Assembly (NCBI GenBank): GCA_012838635.1
Contig: DUOW01000011.1
Location: forward strand, 4,882-68,881
Direction of reading: 5' to 3'
Origin: Acholeplasma sp.
Lineage (GTDB): Bacteria; Bacillota_I; Bacilli_A; ML615J-28; CAG-698
DNA length: 64,000 nt
In this document: one piece after another, positions 29,810-38,237 of the stretch
How positions within the stretch are numbered: position 1 is the first letter of the stretch
Layout of the letters: the number at the start of each line of letters is the position of its first letter
Made by a program: the position numbers and the translations under genes
Notes under the pieces: generated by a model
Told to the model about the DNA's origin: nothing
Databases searched by the model: none
What the model saw: only the letters and a program-made list of their open reading frames with translations

Positions 29810-29947
29810 TTATGCAGATATTTGTTTTCTGCCTTTACGTCTTCTGCTAGCTAGAACCCTTCTGCCTCCTACAGTTGACATACGAGCACGAAATCCATGT
29901 ACCTTGCTTCGTTTTCTTTTATTAGGTTGATATGTTCTTTTTGACAT
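29810..29947 (-). CDS. rpmH: 50S ribosomal protein L34
   Basis: Not in the ORF track (<60 aa). Reverse-complement translation gives [45 protein letters not shown] (45 aa). The RBS GGAGGTG lies 5 nt upstream. Confidence 0.95.
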   Translation of the reverse strand: MSKRTYQPNKRKRSKVHGFRARMSTVGGRRVLASRRRKGRKQISA

Positions 29948-30031
29948 AATTTCACCTCCTATGTTTTAAACCATGCCTTGCTATTATATACAAATTTTTG
30001 GCGATTGTCAATTATTTTCTAAATTTTAATT

Positions 30032-30943
30032 TTATTCACTTTCTTGTTGATAAAAGTCTTTGGGGAAAGGAATTTCAAAAAGATAGTATTTTGTCTCTTT
30101 GTTTGTTTTATCATAATATTTTACTTTGAAGTATAAAGTTTCAGGATGTGTAACTTCTGTAATGTATTCATCTGTAAGTACATGCGAATTAATTACTTCC
30201 CCGTTATGATAGTTTCCTTCAAAATGATACAAACCAACAGTAGTATAAATTTCTCCATCTTTTGTTTCTACAAATCCTTGGATATCAAACTCATAGTTTT
30301 CTACTTTTGACCTAAAATCTAAATTGAAATAATAATCTGTTTTCCCTGCTTTTTCTTTAGGAACAAAATTCAATAAAAAGATATCATTTACTGTTTCTGG
30401 ATCAGTCACTTTTTCTTTTTTATTAAAAGTTAACATTGGTTCTGTGAATTTATAAACATATTCTTCTTTTGTTGTGTTACCTTCTTCGTTAGGTTCACTT
30501 TCTTCATAAAAGTGGACCATTGAAGTAAGTGTCTTTAAATCTGCTCCAGCTTTATTAGAAGCCATAATAAAAGAATTTGTATGGCCTGTACTGTCAACAG
30601 TTGAAAAATAATAAACTTTACCATCAACATAAGAGACATTATAACTAGATCTAAATAAGTCTACTTTAATTTCTGAGGTTCCCATAACATATCCTGTAAT
30701 ATAATGCCTGTTACTCAAAGGGTTTCCTTCAACATATTGTTCTTTAGATAATCTGTTACTTATCTTAATATAATTAAAATAACCTTTTTCATTATCTACA
30801 TGTTCTTCATAAGCTGGCGCTTGAAGAATTTCTTTTTCTTTAGTAACTGCAACACCAACAACCGCAGCTGAAAGTGCGTATATTAATAGGATTGCTAAAA
30901 TTACAAAATTATTTAATTTTTCTGGAAATCTAATTATTTTCAT
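30032..30943 (-). CDS. Membrane-anchored extracytoplasmic protein of unknown function (third gene of the nuclease operon)
   Basis: Likely start MKIIRFPEKLNNFVILAILLIYALSAAVVGVAV (signal anchor) with the RBS GAAGGAAG. The ORF-track 5' extension overlaps the upstream gene and was trimmed. Confidence 0.55.
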   Translation of the reverse strand: MKIIRFPEKLNNFVILAILLIYALSAAVVGVAVTKEKEILQAPAYEEHVDNEKGYFNYIKISNRLSKEQYVEGNPLSNRHYITGYVMGTSEIKVDLFRSSYNVSYVDGKVYYFSTVDSTGHTNSFIMASNKAGADLKTLTSMVHFYEESEPNEEGNTTKEEYVYKFTEPMLTFNKKEKVTDPETVNDIFLLNFVPKEKAGKTDYYFNLDFRSKVENYEFDIQGFVETKDGEIYTTVGLYHFEGNYHNGEVINSHVLTDEYITEVTHPETLYFKVKYYDKTNKETKYYLFEIPFPKDFYQQESE

Positions 30944-31412
30944 CTTTTTTCTTCCTTCTTGTTCTTCTTTTCTTTTTTTCTTTAATTGTATAGTCTCCAA
31001 TAATAATATTTCCATTTTCTTCTTCAATAATTATAGTATCTTGTTCTAAATAAACAAATCCTGAATTAGGAAAGTTTTCAATACCTAAAATAGAAAAAGG
31101 AAATAGCTTGTTTTTACCATATTTAGTTATATTCAAAATACAAATGGTTTTTGTTTCTAAGATTATCTCATGAATAACTTTTCTTTTAGAATATAACGAT
31201 AGGTTGCCTTTTGGGGAAAAAGTATATAAAGTAATGCCTTGGCATTTAATTTTCTTTAATTTTTCTGGTTGTTCATTTTTTCTATTAAACTTACTAATTA
31301 CTTTTTCAGCCCACTTTTTACAATAAGGTTTATTAGCAACCGCATAATAGATATCTCCTATATAATAATAACCCGGTTTTAAGACTAGATCTTTCTTTTT
31401 CCTAAAACACAT
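30930..31412 (-). CDS. Small cytoplasmic protein with poly-Lys/Arg C-terminal tail (middle gene of the nuclease operon)
   Basis: 160 aa. No signal peptide. C-terminus KEKKKRRTRRKKKDENN. Its start overlaps the stop of the nuclease gene by 11 nt, suggesting translational coupling. Confidence 0.5.
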   Translation of the reverse strand: MCFRKKKDLVLKPGYYYIGDIYYAVANKPYCKKWAEKVISKFNRKNEQPEKLKKIKCQGITLYTFSPKGNLSLYSKRKVIHEIILETKTICILNITKYGKNKLFPFSILGIENFPNSGFVYLEQDTIIIEEENGNIIIGDYTIKEKKKRRTRRKKKDENN

Positions 31413-32616
31413 ATGTATACTCTTCCTTATAGTAGTAGATTGGTTTAACCCTTAATTTTGTTAGTTCATCTATCGTTTTGCCTTCCCAAATTAAGTGAAC
31501 ATATTCTGGTTTATCAATAAATGGATTGCGGTTGTTTTGTTCTTGGCTAATAATATCATTTCTTTGAAGTTCAAAATCATCAACTGGATCTTCGCGATGC
31601 CATTTTAATAATATAGGCAATAATCCCATTTTAGCTCCAGATAATTGATATGTTTCTCCAGTCAATAACTCGGCTGCTGTTTCTACTAAACTTAACTCAT
31701 TATACATTACATCCATATAAAATAAGATTCTTGCTACATCTCCTTTATGCTCATCGCCTGGAAACCAAGAAGTAGAAGTAACGGCTCCGTATGTTGTTGT
31801 TTCAGTTGTTGGATTATCAAAATATGAATTTCCTCTTGAAGAGTTTACACTTTGAACAATAGCTCTTAAATTATGTAAGTCACTAGCTTGATTTCTAGTA
31901 CTATTAGTAATTTTATCAGTCTCTGTTCCTAAACGTGATCGTGGCCAAACGTGTTCTCTTGTCCAACTAGTTCCGTCCCATGTGGCATCGATTTTATCCC
32001 CACTATAGATTGTCCAAACTTTTGTTGGGTCTTCTAAATCAGCATCAGCTCTACCTAAAATCTCTCTAGCATCTCCATAAGTTCTTGGAGTAAAGTTTTC
32101 TCTCATGATACTATTAAGTTCTCTTCTTAAGTCTTCGCCTTCTTTGTTGTTAGCAGAAGCATAATAAGTTCCTTTGGCTTCCTCAATATATATATAAAAA
32201 CCATCATCATTAGTTTCGTCATTAGGCTCTAACTTAAAAACAGTAATTTTATATGTGTTAGATATCTTACCGACTGTTATGGTAACGTCGGTCTTCCCAA
32301 CTTGATGGGCTGTCATCTTTCCCGTTTGATCAATTGATAAAATTTCTGGATTGCTTGAAGTAAAACTTGCTTCATTATACTCAGCTGCCGTTTCGGGAAT
32401 AGTCTTATATGTTATCGTTTGACTAGCGTCAACACTAATATTATATTTATCTATTCTAACTTCTAAATCCCTAACAGTTCGAGGTTCTAAATATAAAAAC
32501 CAAATAGCAAGAAAAATTAAAACTAAAACAACTAAAATTATTCCGCCAATAGATAAAGAAGATATCTTTTTAGCAGCTTTTTTTGCTATTTTTACGTTAT
32601 CTTTCTTTTTAGCCAT
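31402..32616 (-). CDS. Secreted/membrane-anchored nuclease of the Endonuclease I (EndA/Vvn) family with Big_2-like domain
   Basis: N-terminal TM anchor (ISSLSIGGIILVVLVLIFLAIWFLYL) and a Big_2-like segment (ILSIDQTGKMTAHQVGKTDVTITV). Motifs EHVWPRS, DLHNL and NSSRGN fit the Endonuclease_1 catalytic signature. Confidence 0.55.
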   Translation of the reverse strand: MAKKKDNVKIAKKAAKKISSLSIGGIILVVLVLIFLAIWFLYLEPRTVRDLEVRIDKYNISVDASQTITYKTIPETAAEYNEASFTSSNPEILSIDQTGKMTAHQVGKTDVTITVGKISNTYKITVFKLEPNDETNDDGFYIYIEEAKGTYYASANNKEGEDLRRELNSIMRENFTPRTYGDAREILGRADADLEDPTKVWTIYSGDKIDATWDGTSWTREHVWPRSRLGTETDKITNSTRNQASDLHNLRAIVQSVNSSRGNSYFDNPTTETTTYGAVTSTSWFPGDEHKGDVARILFYMDVMYNELSLVETAAELLTGETYQLSGAKMGLLPILLKWHREDPVDDFELQRNDIISQEQNNRNPFIDKPEYVHLIWEGKTIDELTKLRVKPIYYYKEEYTYVF

Positions 32617-32817
32617 GAAACCACCTCGTTATTCATTATATCATTTTTTTTGCTTTTTTCAATCTTTATAATTAACATTTCCACATTGATAAATTGTTTA
32701 TTCTTTATTAAAAAGTTTTCCTTGCTTTTTACACTGTGGAAAAGTAGATAAAAATTATTTAATTTTTATGTTTATTATTCTTTCTTTTTGTGGTATCATA
32801 TATGGGAGGAGTTCAGT
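32617..32817. promoter_or_regulatory. oriC part 1: DnaA-box cluster and dnaA promoter region
   Basis: ATTTCCACA, TTTTACACT and TGTGGAAAA (the reverse complement of TTTTCCACA) lie within 170 bp upstream of dnaA. Gene-strand bias switches here. Confidence 0.55.
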
Positions 32818-34209
32818 ATGAGTAATTTAGATATGGAAAATGCTTTAAACATTTGGCAAAAGACGCTCGAGCATTTAAAAACTGAAATAGATGACATTTC
32901 TTATAATGATTTGTTTTCTAAAACAAAAGAAGTTTTTAAAGTTAAAGATAGTACAATCTGGATTATCGTTGATAGTACTTTAACAAAATTTAGAATTGAT
33001 AAATTTTATAAAAATAGTATTAACGATTTTGCTTTAAATAATTTTGGTTGTCATTTTACTTTCATTGAATGTAAAGAAGCAGAAGAACAAAAAAGTAAAG
33101 TAGATTTAGTAAATACTACACAAACAGATATCGAAAACAGCAAAAAACCAAGATCTTTGCTCCCTGAATATTCTTTCGACAATTTCGTTATTGGAGAAAG
33201 CAATCGTTTTGCTTTTCTAGCAGCAACTAAAGTAGCTAACGATCCTGTACCAGTTTTAAACCCACTATATATCTTTGGTGGTGTTGGTTTAGGAAAAACG
33301 CATCTTATGTTTGCGGTAGGTAACGAAATCTTGCAATTTAAACCAGAAACAAATGTTGTTTACACAACAGCACAACAATATGCTCAAGATTACTTTACAG
33401 CTTCTAGTAGTAAAGATCCTAAAGCTTTTCAAAAGTTTTATGATTATTATCAATCAGCTGATGTCTTGTTAGTTGATGATATTCAGTTCTTAGAACAAAA
33501 AACAAAAACACAAGAAGAGTTTTTTAAATTATTTGAGCTTTTATATACTGAAAAGAAAAAAATGGTTGTTACATCAGATAGACCAGCTAATCAACTTCAA
33601 AACTTTATGGACAGGTTAAAGAGCAGATTAAGCTATGGTTTAGCTGTAGATATTAAAAAACCAGATAAAAACTTAAGATTAGGTATCTTACAAAAGAAAC
33701 TTCCAACTCATATCCCTAATCCAGAAGATGTTCCGATTGAAGCGTTAGAATTAATTGCTGAAATTTACGAAGATCGCAACGTTAGAGAATTAGAAGGTGC
33801 TTTGAGTAGATATATTTGGTATTGTGTGTCGGCTAATCTTCCTTTCACAAAAGAAAATGTTTATCCAATTTTAGAACCGTTAGTTAAAGGTATGGGTAAA
33901 GAAGGAGCTCCGGCCGACGTTAAGGTAAGAGATATAAAAGAATTGGTAGCTAGTTATTATCAAGTTTCGGTTTCTGAATTAGAATCTGAATCAAGAAAAG
34001 CAAAAATTGTTTTCGCAAGACAAATGGCTATTTATTTAATTAGAACTCTTTATGACTTACCATTAAAACAAATAGGTAGTTATTTCGGAAATAGAGATCA
34101 TGCCACAGTATCTTATTCAATCGATAAAATTGAAAAAGATATGAAGCAAAATAAAGGCATAAAACAAGATATTATATATCTAACTCATAAAATTCAAGGT
34201 GAAAAATAA
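32818..34209 (+). CDS. dnaA: Chromosomal replication initiator DnaA
   Basis: AAA+ Walker A GGVGLGKTHL, box VII, and a C-terminal DNA-binding helix (SRKAKIVFARQMAIYL...GNRDHATV). The start was set at the ATG at 32818, which has a GGGAGG RBS. Confidence 0.95.
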   Translation: MSNLDMENALNIWQKTLEHLKTEIDDISYNDLFSKTKEVFKVKDSTIWIIVDSTLTKFRIDKFYKNSINDFALNNFGCHFTFIECKEAEEQKSKVDLVNTTQTDIENSKKPRSLLPEYSFDNFVIGESNRFAFLAATKVANDPVPVLNPLYIFGGVGLGKTHLMFAVGNEILQFKPETNVVYTTAQQYAQDYFTASSSKDPKAFQKFYDYYQSADVLLVDDIQFLEQKTKTQEEFFKLFELLYTEKKKMVVTSDRPANQLQNFMDRLKSRLSYGLAVDIKKPDKNLRLGILQKKLPTHIPNPEDVPIEALELIAEIYEDRNVRELEGALSRYIWYCVSANLPFTKENVYPILEPLVKGMGKEGAPADVKVRDIKELVASYYQVSVSELESESRKAKIVFARQMAIYLIRTLYDLPLKQIGSYFGNRDHATVSYSIDKIEKDMKQNKGIKQDIIYLTHKIQGEK

Positions 34210-34281
34210 AAGTTATTAACATTTCCACATATGCTAATAATAATAAAAAAATAAATATAAATATAAAAGGAGAAATAAATT
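34210..34281. promoter_or_regulatory. oriC part 2: dnaA-dnaN intergenic DnaA box plus AT-rich unwinding element
   Basis: ATTTCCACA followed by AATAATAATAAAAAAATAAATATAAATATAAAA. Confidence 0.5.
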
Positions 34282-35409
34282 ATGAATGTTACAATTAACA
34301 GAGATTTATTGTTAGAGAACTTAACTAACGTAAGTAGAGCTCTATCAACAAAAACACCAATGCCGGTGCTTACTGGAATCAAATTCGAAATCACAAAAAA
34401 CAAAATGTACTTAACAGCTTCAAATAACGAAATATCAATTCAAGCACAACTAAACGAAGGAAACAAACTAAAGCTTGAAGGAGAAGGAAGTTTTGTTGTA
34501 CCAGGCAAAATATTAAGTGATATTATTAGAAAACTAGATGCAAACGAAGTTCAATTCAAAGTTGTAGAAGATAATGTAATTAAAATTTATGCTAATAGAA
34601 GCGACTTTACTTTAAATGCATTAGAAAAGGATAACTTTCCGTTAATCTCATTTGCTGAATCAAACACATTTATTAAATTAGACATTGGAACATTAAAACA
34701 AATTATTAGAAAAACAACATTTGCTACATCTTTATCAGAATCAAGAGCTATTCTTACTGGTGTTTGCTTAAACTTATCTAACAATAAATTAGAAGCTATC
34801 TCTACGGACAGCTTTAGATTAGCAAAGATATATTTAAATGTTAACGAAGAACTACCAGAATTATCTGTAGTAATCCCTTCAAAAAGCTTAGACGAACTAA
34901 ACAAAATTATTATTGACGACAATGAGAACGATATTGAATTACACTTCTCACCAACAAAGATCCTATTTAAGTATAAGAACTTGTTATTCCAATCAAGATT
35001 AATTGATGGCGTTTATCCAAATACATCTAGTTTAATTCCAACTGAATTCTTAACAAGTATCAAGTTTAATAAAACAGAACTTATTAAAACTATTGATTTA
35101 ATGTCGCTATTTACTAACATTGAATCATCAAACATTATTCAATTACAACTAAACCCAGACAAAACAGTTGAAATCAAATCAACAACAAGTGAAATTGGCG
35201 AAGGTAAAGAAGAACTAATTCCATTAGAGTGTTCTAATCCTGTTTCATTTAAGATAGCTTTTAGCGCTAAATACTTCTTAGAAGCTGTTAGATCGTTTGA
35301 TTCTTCTGAAATAGTTGTTCATTTTACTGGCGAAATCAAACCATTTATCGTTACTGGTGAATATGATGTTAACTTAACTCAATTAATTCTACCAGTAAGA
35401 GTATCTTAA
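34282..35409 (+). CDS. dnaN: DNA polymerase III beta sliding clamp
   Basis: 375 aa, three-domain clamp. Begins MNVTINRDLL..., typical of DnaN. Synteny with dnaA. Confidence 0.9.
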   Translation: MNVTINRDLLLENLTNVSRALSTKTPMPVLTGIKFEITKNKMYLTASNNEISIQAQLNEGNKLKLEGEGSFVVPGKILSDIIRKLDANEVQFKVVEDNVIKIYANRSDFTLNALEKDNFPLISFAESNTFIKLDIGTLKQIIRKTTFATSLSESRAILTGVCLNLSNNKLEAISTDSFRLAKIYLNVNEELPELSVVIPSKSLDELNKIIIDDNENDIELHFSPTKILFKYKNLLFQSRLIDGVYPNTSSLIPTEFLTSIKFNKTELIKTIDLMSLFTNIESSNIIQLQLNPDKTVEIKSTTSEIGEGKEELIPLECSNPVSFKIAFSAKYFLEAVRSFDSSEIVVHFTGEIKPFIVTGEYDVNLTQLILPVRVS

Positions 35410-35424
35410 TTAACATACAATAAA

Positions 35425-35452
35425 AAAAGAGGTGTAATAACCTCTTTTATTT
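35425..35452. terminator. Bidirectional terminator between dnaN and parA-like gene
   Basis: Hairpin AAGAGGT-GTAATAA-CCTCTT flanked by an A-run and a T-run. Confidence 0.55.
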
Positions 35453-36331
35453 TTTCTTTTTTAAGTTTAAAACAACTTTTTCTTGCGGCTGTTCTTGAGC
35501 AGCTGCTTTTTTACTTAATTTCTCTTCATGTTCGTCTACACTTTTAAAGATCCCTAACAATTCTTTTCTTACTTTTAAAGTTTCGGTCAAATCATAACGA
35601 GTTTCAAATACTTCATTTTTGTCAAAAGGAGTCTTACCTTGAGTTTGAATGTTTTGAATTGTTGATTTCTCTGAAAAATAAGGCAATATTAAAGCGTTTA
35701 ATCCCATTGTTCTTGAAAATTCTTTGGCTTGTTTATCCAATGTTTGTAAAGAATCTTTAGGAGCTCTTCTATTTGCAATAAATTTATTAGGTAAAATGTA
35801 TTGAATCTTACTAATAGGAATGTCTTGGTCCACAAAAAACTGGATAGTATTAATAAACCCATCAATCCCCATACTATCTAAACTAATAATTAAGATAATT
35901 CTATCACTATAATCCAACAAAACTTCTGTAGCTCTACAGCTAGAAGGTGGGAAATCAAGCAAAACATAGTCGAAATTCTCGTTATAGACATCAATAATGT
36001 TAAATAAGATCTTTTCTGTAGGTCTTTTTGTAATTAATTCTGTAGATAAAGCATCTGTATTTAAAGTTTTTATTAAATATAAGTTTTCTCTTACTTCATG
36101 TAATACTTCATCAAACGTCCTTTGTCCTACCATTAGGTACTCTAAATAGTCATCATTTCTTGCTGTAACAAGATCTTGGCGTCCAAAAAGAGTAAAAATA
36201 CTATTTTGATCATCAATACTGATGACTAAAACAGTCTTTTTCTTTACTTCTGTTAAATAATGAGCTAAATAACCAATAAACGTTGTTTTACCAACGCCAC
36301 CTTTCTTACAATATGTCGAAATAATGGCCAT
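35447..36331 (-). CDS. parA: ParA/Soj-type partition ATPase (deviant Walker A)
   Basis: KGGVGKTT deviant Walker A at residues 9 to 16. 294 aa. Encoded immediately after a small RHH gene and next to iteron arrays. No parB is present in the window. Confidence 0.8.
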   Translation of the reverse strand: MAIISTYCKKGGVGKTTFIGYLAHYLTEVKKKTVLVISIDDQNSIFTLFGRQDLVTARNDDYLEYLMVGQRTFDEVLHEVRENLYLIKTLNTDALSTELITKRPTEKILFNIIDVYNENFDYVLLDFPPSSCRATEVLLDYSDRIILIISLDSMGIDGFINTIQFFVDQDIPISKIQYILPNKFIANRRAPKDSLQTLDKQAKEFSRTMGLNALILPYFSEKSTIQNIQTQGKTPFDKNEVFETRYDLTETLKVRKELLGIFKSVDEHEEKLSKKAAAQEQPQEKVVLNLKKKK

Positions 36332-36334
36332 ATT

Positions 36335-36679
36335 CTATAATTTAACTCCCATTAATCGTAAATGACGTATAACAGCCTCTTCTACAAACTCAGAAAAAGT
36401 AACTCCTTGCTTCATTGCAGCTATTTTTGCCTCAGATCTAACAATGTGAGCCATAGTTGCAGTGTATTTTACCTTTTTATTCCCTCCATATACGTCATAA
36501 ATCTCATCTTTTTTCGATTTAGTAGGGGTTACTGTCCTAGAAACAGGTTCTTTTTGATAAACTACAGGTTCTTCAACAACTGGTTCTGATAGAGTCTCTT
36601 CCTTAATAATTTCTGCTACATTTACAGTTTTATTTAGGCCCGATAAAGGACTTTGGCCTCTTTTTTTAATTTTTCCCAT
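36335..36679 (-). CDS. Small ribbon-helix-helix DNA-binding protein (ParG/omega-like centromere-binding candidate)
   Basis: 114 aa. A disordered basic N-terminus. The C-terminal KVKYTATMAHIVRSEAKIAAMKQGVTFSEFVEEAVIRHL fits a beta-strand, helix, helix RHH fold. Separated from parA by a 3-nt gap. Confidence 0.6.
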   Translation of the reverse strand: MGKIKKRGQSPLSGLNKTVNVAEIIKEETLSEPVVEEPVVYQKEPVSRTVTPTKSKKDEIYDVYGGNKKVKYTATMAHIVRSEAKIAAMKQGVTFSEFVEEAVIRHLRLMGVKL

Positions 36680-36720
36680 CTTTTTTCACTCCTTTTTCTT
36701 ATAAAAATCACAATTTTAGT

Positions 36721-36840
36721 CAAAAACCATAAAAACATTTATACATTTTTACACAAAACCTTATAACCATTTATATGTTTTTACATTTATACACAAAACC
36801 ACATTTACATTTATACACTTATACATAAAAACATACTTTT
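36721..36840. repeat. Promoter-proximal iteron array: 4 to 5 direct copies of CATTTATACA(C/T) with two ACACAAAACC half-sites
   Basis: Copies at 36736, 36768 (variant), 36784, 36808 and 36818 (extended to TATACATAAAAACATAC). They sit 40 to 160 bp upstream of the RHH-parA operon start. Confidence 0.7.
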
Positions 36841-37835
36841 TTAAGGTCATTTTTTAGGCGATTTTAAGCTTTTAAAACTCGTTTTTTCCTGAATTTTAAA
36901 AATATTGCTTCCTAAAAAAGGGAAATATTTTTTAGCGCTCAAAAAAACATTTTGAATTTAAATTAAGCTAGATTTTTGACCCCCAGTAAAGTATTTATTA
37001 AGGCCGATTCTTAAAAACGCTTAAAAACGAAATTTGAAAGGTTGCAAAAAACTGTTTTTTGCCATATACAGGGGTTTTAAGGCCTTTTAAAAAGACAAAT
37101 ATACATAAAACCATACAGCTGTATATATGGTTTTATGGGTATACATAAAACCATATTAAGAAATGTTGGTTAAAAACAAATTTTTTGTTTTTTTTGGTCT
37201 TTTATTGAGACTATTATACACAATAAAAACATAAAAAGCAATACATAAAGCCATAAAAATGCAAAAAAAAGCACTTTTTATAGCTTTAAAAACGAGTATT
37301 TTCCGGATCTGACGTTTAATACAACAAAAACAACCAAATAAGAGTTGAAATAAGGCTAAAATCAGAAGAAAAACAATATAAATAAAGCTAAAAAGTTAGA
37401 AAATACGCCAGTTTAAGCGTTAGAAAAACCATAAAACTGAAAAACAAACATGATTTTGGCCTTAATAATAAAGAAAACATAATATTTTCAGCGTTTTAAG
37501 GTCCATTTATACATAAAACCATACACAAAAGAGCATTAAATTATGCTTTTGGAAGTAAAAAAACAGGTTTATATGTAAAATGGTTAATAAAAGGGTAAAA
37601 TTATATATTTAATGACCTTAAAATAAGAAATATACATAAAACCATACTCAGAAAAGCTAAAATGTTATGCTTTTTAAAGACGTAAAATAAGAATTTAACA
37701 TAATACACACAATTAATGGACGATAATTTACTTTTTTCAAGAATAAAACATCTTTATATCCAAAATCATACCCAACGAAAGATCCCAAACACCAATTAAC
37801 AACAACAAAAACGAAGTTTATACATAAAACCATAC
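36821..37835. repeat. Dispersed 17-mer family TATACATAAAACCATAC (5 exact + 2 degenerate copies) in a 1.5-kb non-coding island
   Basis: Exact copies at 37100..37116, 37140..37155, 37508..37524, 37631..37647 and 37819..37835. Degenerate copies at 36821..36836 and 37241..37255. An inverted copy lies at 37126..37140. No ORF of 60 aa or longer spans the region. Confidence 0.8.
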
Positions 37836-38237
37836 AGCTTCTTTTAAATAAAAGTAGGAAAACTAAGCTTTAATACAAGATTTGTTTCACTTATTGGGTT
37901 CTATATTCTATATTATTCCTTTTAATGGTTAAATTATCTATTAATTATTCATAAAAGCAGTTATAAACCATCTTTTTGTGTTTTATATTTCAACTTAAAC
38001 CATTTTTAAATAAAAAAGGCAAATAAAACAAGATATTGTTAAAAAACGCAACTAAAACGAAAATAAACGAGTTTTTTGGCTCAATAAATATAATTGGAAA
38101 GATTTTAATAAAAGTCTTTAAAAATAAGCGAAAATGTGGTATAATATCTATGAATTATTCAGGAATTAAAAATGGTTCAAAAGTTTATTTAATAGACCGT
38201 TTTATCCGTTTATTTATAAAAGATAATGGAGAAAGAG

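Noticed and set aside
30930-31027. Apparent 98-nt overlap between the 160-aa gene and the 331-aa ORF
   Set aside because: The overlap is resolved by using the internal ATG at 30943 (MKIIRFPEK..., RBS GAAGGAAG) for the downstream gene. The ORF-track N-terminal extension (MKKKMEILLLETIQLKKKRKEEQEGRKK) is likely untranslated.
36821-37835. Repeated 17-mers as a CRISPR array
   Set aside because: Spacing between copies is irregular (40 to 368 bp). There is one inverted copy and only 5 to 7 copies in total. No cas genes or leader are present.
36721-37835. Repeats as ordinary DnaA boxes (TTATACACA / TTATACATA resemble TTATCCACA)
   Set aside because: The boxes flanking dnaA in this genome read TTTCCACA, with a conserved CC. 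The 17-mer family has A at that position and a conserved 3' AAAACCATAC extension. It is therefore more likely a distinct protein's site, though DnaA binding cannot be excluded without experiment.
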